The notes under the pieces are model-generated. The model was given only the letters and a program-made list of their open reading frames with translations. It did not search any database and was not told the origin of the DNA. From Amoebidium appalachense (taxonomy: Eukaryota; Protista; Ichthyosporea): a DNA stretch of 64,000 nucleotides. Both the position numbers and the translations under genes were made by a program. Shown here piece after piece: positions 17,713 through 31,338 of this stretch. The first letter of the stretch is position 1. The number at the start of each line of letters is the position of its first letter. The DNA is taken from the NCBI GenBank assembly GCA_963693365.1, contig CAVNZM010000009.1:2110231-2174230 (forward strand). The letters are read 5' to 3'.

Positions 17713-18440
17713 TAATGCATATATGTAAGTGCACTAGGTGATATTAATTGCTGCTTTGCCGGATATGCACGGGCCAAAGTGTGAGCCAGCCAATCCTGCA
17801 TGGCGATATATATGCTTGTATGCAGCATTCCATCCTCAAATATCTGTGACAGTCTTGTAGCAATGAAAGTCGCACACAGTGAATGTACACGTCACACGGC
17901 CTTGTTTTGGTTGTTTGGAAAGGATAGTATAGCTTTTCATTTTGTTTTTTGCTGTTGTTTTGCCGTAGGATCACTCCAGGCAGGTTGTTTTGAAAAGATA
18001 AACTTTTTTTTCCACACACACACACAAGCGCCCACAAACACACACATAAGCACACAATTACACACTCACATACGCATACCCACACAGTGGCACACACACG
18101 CCACACACACATACACCATTAAACATAGACAAACCACACCGTGGCACACGTGCACTCACACACCACAAACAGGGAGTCCGACATGCACACATGACACATA
18201 CATACACTTGCACACAAACATGTGCCACCCGCACAAAAACCGCGATACAGGTTTCACACACTCACACTTACAAACAGGCTCTGCACACACCAAAAATGCT
18301 GCATAGGCGAATTTCAAAATGCAGCAATGCAGCACATATGAAACACAGTGGGCGGACGGGCGGTCGGGCACCGTGAGGAAGCCGCCCCCCCCCCCCCCCC
18401 CCCCCCTCCCCCCCCCCTCCCCCCCCCCCCCCCCCCCCCC

Positions 18441-18552
18441 CCGGGGGTGGGGGGGGTCAATTTAAGATTGTGCTGGGCTAGGGGTTCCAGAATTAAGATC
18501 CTAGCTCGCTAGGGTGAAAATCCACGTAATCTTAAATTCGGCCTACCCTGTA
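18441..18552. mobile_element. Possible small MITE remnant (Tc1/mariner-like end)
   Basis: Perfect inverted 11-mers AATTTAAGATT (18459-18469) and AATCTTAAATT (18528-18538). The right end reads CAGGGTAGGCC on the minus strand and abuts TA. The left end is eroded into G/C runs. Confidence 0.35.
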
Positions 18553-18865
18553 TCTGACATGTCAAGCACTCACAGTCCTGTTTGCCTTCAGCTATAAAGA
18601 TATTAGAGGGTGCGACCTCAACACGTAGCTATAGATCACAGCCCCGTGGCCGTCACAACAGCATCTGGCCGTCACATTGGCCAGTCATTCATGAGCACAC
18701 CGGTCACCCATGAGTTAAAGCAAGACAGGACGACATTGTCTTCACACTAATTTCAAGTGTTTGATTGTGGGACGAGGAAAAAACAAATACCCCTTGAGGC
18801 TCGACATTGCCAGTTATTTTCCCGCTGAGGCTGATTGAGCACTGAGTTGCATGTTATTCCGTCCA

Positions 18866-18904
<39 letters not shown>

Positions 18905-19857
18905 ACCCCCTCTCCCCCTCCCCCCCTCCCCTCTACCCTTCCCCTCCCCCTCCCCCCCCCCCCCCCCCCTCTCAGGGCCTTTTGCCCTCCCCTATCAAGC
19001 TCCCCCCTCTCCTCCTCCCCCCACCCCCCACAAAAAACAAAAAAAGAAAAAACCAAACCAAAAAAAAAAACATCACCAGCATTTTACTGGGACAGGTTTT
19101 TACTGGTGGAGGTGAATTGGCTTGTTTTACGAGTTTCGGCATGCTTAGGGCAGCCAAAAACAACCAAACGGCTTTCTGTATTACAGCGTAACTCCCGGGG
19201 ACAGAGGTGGGCTGGTGGGTGGGTGGGTGGAGGGGGAGAGGGGGGAGGGGGGGGGGGAGGGGGGTTTGGGGGGGAGGGGGGGGGGAGAGAGGGGGGGGGG
19301 GGCACCTTCAAAACAGGGGTGTAAAGAGCTCTGAGTTTTTGGCTAGGGAAGTACGTATGCATTCACTCCCAGTCGGGGCCTTCTCGAGCTTTTCGTCCCT
19401 ACACTAATTTTTTGCTCATAAGTTGGACCACTTACTATACTGCAAGCGGGAAAATGCATCGTATGTATTCGATGTTGTTATTGCCGAATGATTCTCAGGT
19501 TCTAACGATTCAATTACACTCGCGCCAGCCACAAACTCAGTATGCCCTCGGTGTCTAAACACGGCTGCTGGCGTGCCAAAGAGTGGGCAAGTGAATGTAT
19601 GCAGATGTGTTCATGCATGAACAGGTTCGTAGGGTGAATCTTGTATACGTACGGTACAAATTATGAGCATGGCGGGCCCCTGTGTATGTATTAGTGTGTG
19701 ACATATTGGTACGCAAACAGATAATTGGGGAGGTTGTTTTGTAATTACGTGTGCGGTGTGTGCATGCATGCCTGCGTGTGTGCGGGCATGCGGGCGTGCG
19801 GGTGGGCGTGCGTGCGGGCGTGCATGCGTGTGTGTGTGCGTGCGTGCGTGCGTGCGT

Positions 19858-19915
19858 GCGGGCGGGCGGGCGGGCGGGCGGGCGGGCGGGCGGGCGGGCG
19901 GGCGGGCGGGCGGGC
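19858..19915. repeat. (GGGC)n tetranucleotide microsatellite
   Basis: Run of GGGC units flanked by (GTGC)n. Confidence 0.85.
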
Positions 19916-20496
19916 GTGCGTGCGTTTGCGTGGTGATGGCGGTGGGTGTTGTTTGGGTGGGGAGGGGGAGGCCGAGGGGGGGGGGGGGGGGAAGACAAAA
20001 ATACACAATTCCCACGGCACTATACATGATATCCATACCAAGGCATAAATTCCATAATAATTCACAAGTACTAGGACCAGTTGATAGATGTGCTTCATTC
20101 TAAATTTAATAGCCAACCCTGCCCCGGTGTCAAACTATCGATATGGATCTTACGTTCATATGCTACGTGTAAAATTATAACAGCAGCTGAATTCGCAACA
20201 ATGGTCACCATACTCTTTTATCCTTTTCTTTCTTTTCGTTCTTTCTTTGATTTTCAAAGTTTCCCAAATGCTCTTTCTTTTTGGAAACTAAAACCCCAAA
20301 TTTCTTTGTGTTCTTGCTGCTTCTCAAACAGCAACGTCGACTATAATTAATATATGCCTGGCAAGCTTGGTATGTAATTCAGTAGCTACTTATAGCCCTA
20401 GCTAAGACAGACCATCTAACCCGCCAAACAAGCTTTAAACTAATTTGATGCAAATACTAATCTAAAATATCTGGTGAATGTAAAACTCTTATAAAC

Positions 20497-20955
20497 CTAC
20501 GCAGAGGTTGTTGCTGGCGTCAGCACATTCATATGCCACTCGGGCCCAATGACCCACAGCATAGCGACATAAAGCGTAAAGAACAACATCATCAGAAGGC
20601 CGGTCACAGGGGCCCAAATCTTGTCATAGAAAACGGGCAGAATATCATCCTCCGGATCGAACATATTCTGCAGGTAGTTACCTCGGCGCAAAAACTGGAC
20701 AACCGCATACAAAGCCGCAAAATCCATAAACGTCACCACGATGGTTGCCTTTTCAACGACATTTGTACCGTGGAGGTGAATTAGTCCGATGGCAAACGCG
20801 GTGAACCACCCTGCAAAACGCACCCAGTGCATATATGTTCTCTCCACGCACAGAAACACTTTGTGGCCCGGATTTTTCTGCTTTCTGTTTGTGCGTTGGA
20901 TGGCTGCGGCACCTGCCCAGCGAGAGGTAGATGTTGAGGTTGAGTAGTCGGCCAT
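20497..20955 (-). CDS. VTC1: Vtc1-like / DUF202 three-TM membrane protein (vacuolar transporter chaperone small subunit family), 152 aa
   Basis: KVFLCVERTYMHWVRFAGWFTAFAIGLIHL matches the Vtc1-type KVFFANERTFLSWL...GLLNF motif. Three hydrophobic segments. FYDKIWAP corresponds to the YDDRxGP motif before TM3. Intronless. Confidence 0.75.
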   Translation of the reverse strand: MADYSTSTSTSRWAGAAAIQRTNRKQKNPGHKVFLCVERTYMHWVRFAGWFTAFAIGLIHLHGTNVVEKATIVVTFMDFAALYAVVQFLRRGNYLQNMFDPEDDILPVFYDKIWAPVTGLLMMLFFTLYVAMLWVIGPEWHMNVLTPATTSA

Positions 20956-21394
20956 TTTCGTTCGAAATGGTTGTTGTTGATTATTGGCAATATAGTGTTG
21001 GGTGAATGTGCTGCGTGTTAGTGTGTGGTGAAAGAAATGATTACACTTTGGATAGAATGGAGGTGTTGCCGCCGGCTAGTAATTGTATATAGTTGGGATG
21101 CTGCAGACGGGGTGTGCACGTGCACGTTTATGTTTCACCAGATTCGTTGGTAGTAGGTGTATGAACTATAAATAATAGGGGTGCCTGATAGAAAGCAAGC
21201 ATCTAGTTACGGCCTAGTATGCTATATGCATGGTTGCTGGATACTTTTGAATTGTGTTCTTTTTTTTTGGCGCCTGCACTATGGAAATGCACTATGCCAC
21301 CTGCCAGTCGGCCAAGTAATCCTGCAACTGAAACAACATCCAAGGGCTTGCAGCGGCTTATACATATGCGGACGACGATGACTGAAAGATCTAT

Positions 21395-21558
21395 CCAATC
21401 AGCGACTAAGTGATTTTTGGCTATCTAGATCCCGTTACTTTTAGCCAATAGAACGTGCGCTAGATCTTTTTTAAAGCCAATCAATTCTTACTGTTGAAAA
21501 TCTATCTTTCTATTGGTTCACACGTTCGCCCCAAATCTATCTACATAGTTTTCATTGG
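21395..21558. promoter_or_regulatory. Cluster of five CCAAT/ATTGG boxes upstream of the Vtc1-like gene
   Basis: CCAAT at about 21395, 21445 and 21477; ATTGG at about 21512 and 21554; interspersed AGATCT/TCTATCT motifs. Confidence 0.35.
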
Positions 21559-21829
21559 TGGATACCCTGGCGGCTCGTTCGCGGTGCGCTATTGCGAAAT
21601 CTGGCGCTGCCACAGCCACGCGCGCAGACATGCGCGTACAATACACGTGAAGACACGCATAATGGATTTGTGTGGCTTAAAAGTCACTGGTTGCACATAG
21701 TGGAAGGCATGTACTTGCAGCCGTTTCGTCTGCAGCTACAATACTTACCGACTCACGTCTGTGTAGTTGGTAGATAATAGGTTCTTGTTGGCACCCACCC
21801 AATCATTTGCATACATAATAAGCTGCAAA

Positions 21830-21860
<31 letters not shown>

Positions 21861-22571
21861 ACCCCCCCCCACACACACACAAAAAAACAAAAAAAAACAA
21901 AAAAAAAAAAAAACGGTCCCCTCCCTACTTACCATATATGCATGGCTTACGTACGATACAGTCAAAGAATGAAAAGCACGTTGTTTTGGATCCTACCCCG
22001 TACCCCAAAGTAGAAGTGCTGTGAAAGTACGCTTCACATGTACATACCGTGGGCTGCAACAGTCTGGTCCGCAACCATGGATTCGTGGTACGCCCTCTAA
22101 TTGAATAAAATATTTATGAGAAGAATCAGAGACCTATGTGGAACACATTGGCACACTAGCTAAATTCAGGCTATGCTCCCGGTGTACCAGCAAAAATCAT
22201 ACCGATGTTTTTGCCCTTGGTTGTAATAATTATCTGCATGTATAATAGGGGGCGCTTGAAGCAATCCCAACCAACTAAGACGGCCTGGACAACAAGACTG
22301 TTACTAATAAATTGGTCATGATCAAAACAAAGCATCAATAGGGTAGCATTCTTACTATGGTACCAAATGTCTCCGTAAAACATTTCCGGATTCAAAGTGT
22401 GTCACAGTGTGTGTGTGTATGTGTGTGTGTGTGTGCGTGTGTGTGTGCGTGTGCGTGCGTGCGTGCGTGTGTGTGTGCGTGCGTGTGTGTGTGCGTGCGT
22501 GTGTGTGCGTGTTTGTGTGTGTGTGTGTGTGTATGCGTGTGTGTGTGTGTGCGTGTCTGTTGTGTGTGTGT

Positions 22572-22631
<60 letters not shown>

Positions 22632-23093
22632 ATGTGTGTGTGTGTGTGTGCTTGTGTGTGTGTACGTGTGTGGACGTGTGCGTGTGTGTGTGTGCGCGTG
22701 TGTGTCTGTGTTAACGGCCTACTGTGTGTGCATGTGTTTTTCATGTGTCACAAGCTGTCGCATTCTTCCCCTCTCTGTGCGTGTACATTTGTGTGTTACT
22801 TTAAACACGGCGTGTGCATTTGCAGGGGGGGGGGGGGGGGGGGGAGAACAGGGAGTTTGGGGGGAGAGGGGGGTGGTCTCGGAGGGGGTGGTGGTGGGGT
22901 GGGGGTGGGGGGGGGGAGGGGGGGAGGGGGGGGGATTGAGCAACGGGAACAGGGCACGAATGAAAATGGTGAGCCGTATTCGGAGATGCAGATATAAGGG
23001 GAAAGCCTGAGTCCCCCACTATGTACTCTTCTTCCCATGACCTGAGTACGTACGCGAGGGCCCAACCACGCGAGCTTCATAAACTCGCTTTTA

Positions 23094-23215
23094 GCATGAA
23101 TATTATGCAAAAAGCTTAATTATTATGCAAAAAGCTTTAATTATTATGCTTTTGCTTAATTATTAAGCTCGAGCATAATTATTATGCCAAGAGCTTAATT
23201 ATTAAGCAAAAGCAT
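23094..23215. repeat. Tandem array of six quasi-palindromic about 15-bp units GCWTAATTATTAWGC
   Basis: Units are separated by 4-5 bp linkers (AAAAA, AAAAA, TTTT, TCGA, CAAGA). 23146-23170 and 23191-23215 are near-perfect inverted copies. Confidence 0.85.
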
Positions 23216-23769
23216 GACGTGCGCGCCCACGCGCCAGCATGCGTGCACTATGATATGTTGGTGGGTGTGCGGTGAATTTTTTTCTTTTTGATAAGTAATT
23301 TTTGCAGCGCCCGACTAACTCCCATACATGCCCATTCATCGTAAGAATAACGGGCTTTTATTTAAATAGTCATTTCATTGGATCTTTAGGAATAGTTTTC
23401 ACCTGCGATCGCAAAGCACGGAACCTGCTTGGTTAGCAATGGGGAACGAATTAACAAATGACATTTGGGGGTTCTTACTACTAGAATATTCAGATATGTC
23501 ATTACTTTTGATCCCCTGGTTAGAAGTGGGCTGGTTTTGGGTGCGTGAGTGAGGGCATGGGGGGGGGGGGGAGGGATAGGGGAGAAGGGGAAGGGCGAGG
23601 GGGGGAGGGGGGGGGGGGGGCGGAGAGGGGGGGAGGGGAGAGCGGAAGGGGGGAGTGGAGGGAGGATCTGAAGGGATCAATTTGAGGTTTACATGTAGGT
23701 TCGCGGAAACATAGTTTCGCTTACTCTTTTTATGTCGTGAAAAATCGCTGCAGCATATGGGGGAAGTTG

Positions 23770-23812
<43 letters not shown>

Positions 23813-24026
23813 GGGGAGGGGGGGGAGAAGGGGGGGGGGGGGGGGGGAGGGAAGGTAGGTGGAGTGTTGTGGGGAGTAGTGGCGCGGGGGGGAGGGGGGA
23901 GGGGGAGGGGAGGGCGGATTAAAGAAGACAACCTGAAGAGAAGGGGGGATCGGATAGGTGCCTGTGGGGAACATAAGGCCGGGGAGAGATATTGAGTGAT
24001 AGAGAAGAACGGGTGGGTGGGTGGGT

Positions 24027-24066
<40 letters not shown>

Positions 24067-24526
24067 GGTAAGCAGGGAGAAACTTAAGGGGAGGGGGGAG
24101 GGGGGGGGGGGAGGGGGGAGGGGGGGGGGGAGCGGGGGGGGGGGGGGATGAAGGAGGAACGGGTGGCCTTGTGTTTGTTATTAATGTTCAGTGGCTCGGT
24201 TCTGTCTTCATTAACACCAATGGTATTATACACTCAACACACCCCCCATGTGCATACACAATCACACGGTTGTGCCCAGTTGGATGTTGGTCATAGTGCA
24301 TTCAGCCTGCAAAATTCTGCGCTCCTGCGACATTTTGTTTCCCCCTTCTCCCCTCCCCCCCCCCCCTTTTCGAATTCCGATCCGTGATACCGGTTTTTTC
24401 CTCAGTATTCCTGTGTGTGCATAAAGTGCCGCCCGTCTAGACTAAGTGTGTGGCCTTGCTGGAAAACACGGTAAGACATACATCACACACGATGTGAAGT
24501 GCTCTCAAACAGAGCGCAAATAGTTA

Positions 24527-24595
24527 GGGGTTTACACTGTTTACTCGAGGCAAAGAGAGACCAGTCTCAGGTATGGGGGGTTTTTGCTCGGAATA
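24527..24595 (+). repeat. Dispersed about 68-bp repeat, copy 1
   Basis: GGGGTTTACACTGTTTACTCGAGGCAAAGAGAGACCAGTCTCAGGTATGGGGGGTTTTTGCTCGGAATA is nearly identical to 37988-38056. Confidence 0.85.
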
Positions 24596-25511
24596 TCCCC
24601 TCAGCGGTATATCATGATCAGGTACATAGATACCGGGTGAAGCTTATATATCAGGGTTTACTATGTTTAGAAAGCACAATATAAACTAAGAAGACGAATA
24701 CGCACAAATAGTTAGGAGATCGTGTAAATGTGACTGTGGTATTAAGTATGCAGTTGCGTAAATCATATGGAACATCCGTTATAGGATTCTGTTACATTCA
24801 CCCATCGACTCTCCTCTCCGAACACCACCATCGACAAACTTACCACCCACCCACCCACACACCCATTCATTACCTACCCACCTACTCACCCACAGCCACC
24901 ACTGCCACCCACCCGGGGGCAGGTATGTAGAGCAAAGACATAAATTCTTCTATGATTTGAATCCACTAATCAGGATCGGTGGTCTGTAATGTGTAAACCT
25001 GATGTTGGAGTCGACAAGGATTCAACAAAAAATGCCCAAGGTTGAGACCTTCGTCTGTATGCACACATATGAGCACGGTGGAGAGGGGGGGGGGAGGGGA
25101 TAGGGAGGAGGGGTGGGGGAGGAGGGGGGAGGGGGGGGGGGGGGGAGGGAGGGAGGGAGGGAGGGGAGAAGGGGAGGGGGGGAGGGGGGAGGAAAGGACT
25201 GTAACACATAATCCGTGGACATCACGGTGTTTGCGCCCATAGCGCTTGCGTGCTTTATTTGGTAAAGTTCTATGATAAATCGTGAGTACACAAGGCTAGT
25301 ATTCACAGTATTTGCTGAGTCTATTCCCAATTACACGTGTGGATCGTGTACCTTAGAGGCACTTTATCCTTCACAGTTTATGCTTGTATGACTACGGCAG
25401 GACAGAAAGACAGAAGGGTGATGACATTTCTTTTCTAGCTCTTCCTTTCCTCCCCGCCCCCTCCCCCTCCCCCCCTGCCGCCCTCTTTTCCCCTTCCCCC
25501 AACACACGCGT

Positions 25512-25616
<105 letters not shown>

Positions 25617-26409
25617 CGCGCGTGCGCCGATCAATGTGTACATCCGTAAGGGCTCCCCTCCTCCCCCCGCTCCCCCCCCCCCCCCCCCCGCCCGCTCCCC
25701 CCCCCCTTCTCACCCCCCCCCCCTCTCCTTCCCCCCGCCTCCCCCCCCCCTCCCCCCCCCTTCCCCCTCCGAATCCCCCTTCCCCTTTACTTAGTGGGAG
25801 TCCTTCCCTTTGTCACGTTTGGTGCGATCTGTATGCCAGCAATAGCACTAACACTATTGGGGTTAAACGTTGTCAGTGGCTCAGAACAATCCGCTGGTGT
25901 GGACGGGACCGGGCCAAATCATCGAGGTATTAGCAAAAAAAAACTCTAGATGGAGCGGTTACATAAATTCTGCACAATAGAGTTTGTTACTTTTTTTTTT
26001 CGGAGACCGACCCGGGGTTTTCAGACATCATGAGCCACGGTGATAAATTTGCACCCATAGCAGGAGAAGCCCGTGTGCGGGAGAGGGGAGTTTTTTTTTC
26101 AAAACTTTCGGGGGGGGGGGGGGGGGGGGGGGTTGTTATGATTTTGATGCACGTGTTGTCTACCCTGCCTTTGGGTGTACATCGGCCCTACTAGACTCTG
26201 AGTTGAGGGAAGGAGGGGGGGGAAGGGGGGGGGGGGGGGGGGAGGGACGATGGGTTGCGGGAGGGGAAGGGGGGGAGGGGGGAGGGAAGAGGGAGAAAGA
26301 GGGAGGGAGGGTAAGATTTAAGAAGTGCTGAATTGAATGTGGTATTCAGACCAGCTTTTGTGCAGGAACTGACCACAGGACCACAATATCCTATTTGTAC
26401 CTTCCACTT

Positions 26410-26442
<33 letters not shown>

Positions 26443-26768
26443 TTCCCCCTCTCCCCCCCCCCCCCCCCCCCCCCTCCCGGGACCCAGGTGCAACAACAAC
26501 CACAACAACAACAATTCACACCACCATCAAAACTACCACGGACCACCCTCATCTACCGTTATTATATCCGAATGCAGAGCAAGATAAGCTACCTGTTTCG
26601 GTTGGCTTGGTTTTTTCGTGCAATCTTAGTAGCCGGAAGTACTATAATCTCACATTCTTCCTCACATCACCCTGCCTTTGACTCTCCCCCCTTTTCCCCC
26701 CCCCTCCCCACCACCACACACACACACACAGAGAGAGAGAGAGAAAGGGGGGGGGGGGGGGGGGGGGG

Positions 26769-26900
<132 letters not shown>

Positions 26901-27004
26901 GTTATGTGTCCCTCGATCATTGGATTCCAAAACGTACTACGAGTACCAAAACATTTAGCTCCCCAACCCCCTTCCATCCAAAACCTCAACCTACCGTGAC
27001 AAGG

Positions 27005-27037
<33 letters not shown>

Positions 27038-27050
27038 AAAAAAAAAATCT

Positions 27051-27083
<33 letters not shown>

Positions 27084-27161
27084 AGAAAGCCCATCTCCGC
27101 GGAATGGCGGAAAGATACAACCCCCTTCCCCGGCTCCTTCCATCCCTCCCCCTAACACACA

Positions 27162-27245
<84 letters not shown>

Positions 27246-27491
27246 AGGGGTTGTCCTTTTTAGACTGTGCACCAGCATCCCTCCTTCTCCCCTCGTTCCC
27301 CCCTCCCCCTCCCCCCTCCCTTCCCCCCCCCATCCCCTCCCCCCTCCCCCTCCCCCTCGCCTCCCATTGAATATTTGGAGTAGGTAGGGAAACCATATCT
27401 CACTATCTCATAGATCTACGAGCAGGGATATTATGAGCCTATCACCTTCAGATTGGCTTTTATGTACCTTTCTGGTGGCTGGTCTGTCCCC

Positions 27492-27522
<31 letters not shown>

Positions 27523-27596
27523 CTCGAAAAAAAAACAAAAAAAAAAACCGGCATCCTCCTTTTATTTGTGTTGTTTTTTTTTGTTTTGTTTTTTTG

Positions 27597-27627
<31 letters not shown>

Positions 27628-28185
27628 GCCTAACATGAAAAATGCAAACTATCTGTCATGCCCCATCATATTGACGAGGACCCGTTAACAGCCCTGCATG
27701 GTGAAAGGAGGAGGGGTGGAGGGGGGTAGGGGGGGTCCCCCGGACATGTATGTGGGGGTTGGAGGGGAGGGAAGGGTTGGCAGAGGGGGGAGGGGGAGGG
27801 GGGGTATGGCCAACTGGCTAGGCGAAGGCAAAGCCGGAGAGGGGGGAAAACGGGGGGAAGGGGGGGGGGGGGGCTAAGCAGGTCCTGCGGATGTCAGGTT
27901 TTTTTCGCACCCCTTTTCGGTTCTCCCGAGCTCCTCTCTAACACCACGACGTGCCATCGATCACCGGGGCCGAGATACCTTTATACCTTCACTAGGCCTA
28001 AGGACCACGGGAAGACAAAGGGAAATAGATATTTTGGTAACCTTGGATCACTGGCGAAAATAGCATGTGCAATTACACTCCCCGCCTCGTCCCCCTCCCC
28101 CCTTTCACTCGCCCGCACGCATGCACGTGCACACGCGCAAACTCAAAGGCTCAGAGATAACCACACACACGCACACACATACACA

Positions 28186-28244
<59 letters not shown>

Positions 28245-28303
28245 ATGCTCCCCTGTCCCCATATGCATCCCCCCCCCCCCCCCCCCCCCACCGGATCCCC
28301 CCC

Positions 28304-28334
<31 letters not shown>

Positions 28335-29376
28335 ACACACACTCACTCACTCACACTCACACATGTACACACACACACACACACATATGCATCTATACAT
28401 ATACACACAGACACAGACACACACAGACACAGACACACACACACACACGCACACACACACGCACGCACACACGTACACACACATATTGTGTATATATACA
28501 CCCCGCGTAGCACACACCTACGGTACACACAAGCACAAGCGTATTCGCGTGTACGTGAGTGCATACGTTTTCAAATTTTGTGTTCTTTGGTTCCTTTTGC
28601 TGTCTCACTGCCCGCTAGCGCTGTACATGTACATGTGTGTGGAGGGCGTGCCCTCCCTCCCGGCCGGCATGATGTTTGTGGTGTTTTGTCATTGTTGATC
28701 ATGGGTGGTGGGTGTCCGGGGACAGCGGCGGGCGGGCCGGTGGTTGGGGGGGGGGGGGGGGGGGGGGGGAGGGGGGGGGGGGGGGGGGGAGAGGGGGGGG
28801 GGAGAGGGGGGGGGGGGGAGGAGGGGGGGGGGGGGGGGGGGGGAGAGGGGGGGGGAGGGGGGGGGGGGGGGGAGGGGGGGGGCAACTGAGTGTGGACTGG
28901 CGGCAGTGGCAGTGGACTCGTGGAGGCTTTCCGATTGGTGATTGTAATAACTTTATATGGCTAACATAAGAACCTTAGTAACTCAACACGCTCCACAAAG
29001 TTGATTGGTGGATCTCAAATTCCTTTATGTAAACAAAACATGCCACAGATGGCCCTGCGGGCCGCGGCCCCGGCGCCGCAGCAGCTGGCGCCAGCCCGGA
29101 GGGGCGAGGGCCCAAATCCCGTGACCCTGGACGCATATCGACACAAATTCAATGTGAAATAAGCCTATTTGTTCCCAAACTACCACATATGGATGTATAT
29201 TGATGTACGTACTAATTATAATAGAGTATTTCGAATTGCGTTTGGCCTGTATCTACTAATGATACTCACTATTTACTGGACCACGTATTACAGCTATCTT
29301 ATCCAATGCGGCAAGCTTGGCTGCAATTCTCAAACTTCGGGCTGCTCTATGTACCAACAGTACTCCCCCCTCCCCT

Positions 29377-29407
<31 letters not shown>

Positions 29408-29585
29408 CGGCCCCGCCCCTCATCTCTCCGCCTCCTCCCCCCCCCCCCCCCTCCCCCCCCCCTAAAGCCCCCCTCCCTCCCCTCGAGCTCGCGGGGCCAA
29501 CTTCTCTCCGTATGCAGACTCCCTCATCCACCCCCGAGCTGATATCTTTCCCCTCAGATTCCCTTGTACATCTATCGTCCTCTTA

Positions 29586-29775
<190 letters not shown>

Positions 29776-30558
29776 CCCCCTCCCTCCCCCCCTCCCCCCC
29801 CCCCCCCCCTCCCCCTCCCCACGCCTGGCAGGTACCCCTCAGCAGACAATTCCGTTTTCTTCGCTCCCCAAGTTATAAAAGTTCGTGTTAACCGATCAGA
29901 TTCACGGTACCGTGCCCTTAAGAGGAGGGTGGGGGGGGGGGGGGGGGGATGGGAGGGGAGGGGGGTGTGGGGGGGATGCTTGTTATTATTGTGCCTTTTC
30001 TTTAAATCTTTATGGATCTCTTTCAGCCACACTATTTATTTCGTAGTACTTCAGTGTAGATATGCCAATTATTGCTATCATTACTATTACTATGTGCATC
30101 ACGGTAGTGATTACGAGTTGTTATGCAAGTTATTATTATTTTTATTATAGAGTCTTCAGGGGAAAAGGGGGGGGGGGGGGGGGGGGAGGGGGGGGGGAAG
30201 GAGGAGAAATGATTATCATGAGCATGATGTGCAAGACCGTCGGTGCACGTGGAGTGTAGCCTGAAAAGAAGGCAATGGTATCATAAAAGGGGTCAGGGAA
30301 TGAAGAACACCCTAGAAATAGCTATAGGTGAGCCTGAGAGAATACGGTGTGCCATGTTAGTGTGTGTGTGTGGTTGTGGTGGGGGTATGACAAAGAAGGG
30401 GACGGGGCTGGAGGGAGGGGGAGAGTAAGGGCAGGCGGGGAGGTAGGGGGAACAATGAAGCTGGCAAGGGGCCCCGGGGAGGGGGGAGCAAAGAGGGGGG
30501 GGGGGGAGGGAGGGGGGGGAAATATGAGAGAGAGAGAGGGGGGGGGGGGGGGGGGGGG

Positions 30559-30559
<1 letters not shown>

Positions 30560-30607
<48 letters not shown>

Positions 30608-30716
30608 GCCTAGGGTTTGGGGGAGGGGGAGAGAGGGAGGGGGGGAGAAGGGGGGGGGGGAGGGAGGGAGGCGTACCTGAGTAACATAAAACAAATCGTC
30701 ATGTGGATGCGAGAGA

Positions 30717-30788
<72 letters not shown>

Positions 30789-30880
30789 CCTAGGGTTGGG
30801 GGGAGGGGGAGAGGGGGGGAGAAGTGGGGGAAGGAGGAGGCGTAACGCAGTAACATAAAACAAATCGTCATGTGGATGCT
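30560..30880. repeat. Local tandem duplication (about 180-bp period)
   Basis: (GA)n-GGCCTAGGGTT-purine tract-GGCGTA..AGTAACATAAAACAAATCGTCATGTGGATGC occurs twice (about 30607-30710 and 30787-30879). Confidence 0.8.
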
Positions 30881-31073
30881 GAATCCTTCACAGTGGCTAC
30901 AGTAGTTGGCCATGGGCGTAAGGGGGTTGTCAGCCCGAGCAACAACTGAAAGATACTGCACACATATGGTGCAAGTGTGTAAAACTAGACCTCCTTCCCC
31001 TCCCCCCCCCTTCCCCCCCCCACTCTCCACTCCCCTCCTCTTTTCCCTCCATCTCCCTCTCTCTCTCTCTCTC

Positions 31074-31143
<70 letters not shown>

Positions 31144-31183
31144 CCCCCCCCCCCCTCCCTCCCCTCCCTCCCTTCCCCCCCCC

Positions 31184-31219
<36 letters not shown>

Positions 31220-31307
31220 TACCCCCCCGCCCCACCATGTACTCCCCTATTTAGTGCACATTCACCCATAATCTCGTTGGGTTGACGAAAAGCACATGGC
31301 CATGTTT

Positions 31308-31338
<31 letters not shown>

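Noticed and set aside
23094-23215. CRISPR-like interpretation of the palindromic array
   Set aside because: Spacers are only 4-5 bp, there are no cas genes, and the context is eukaryotic.
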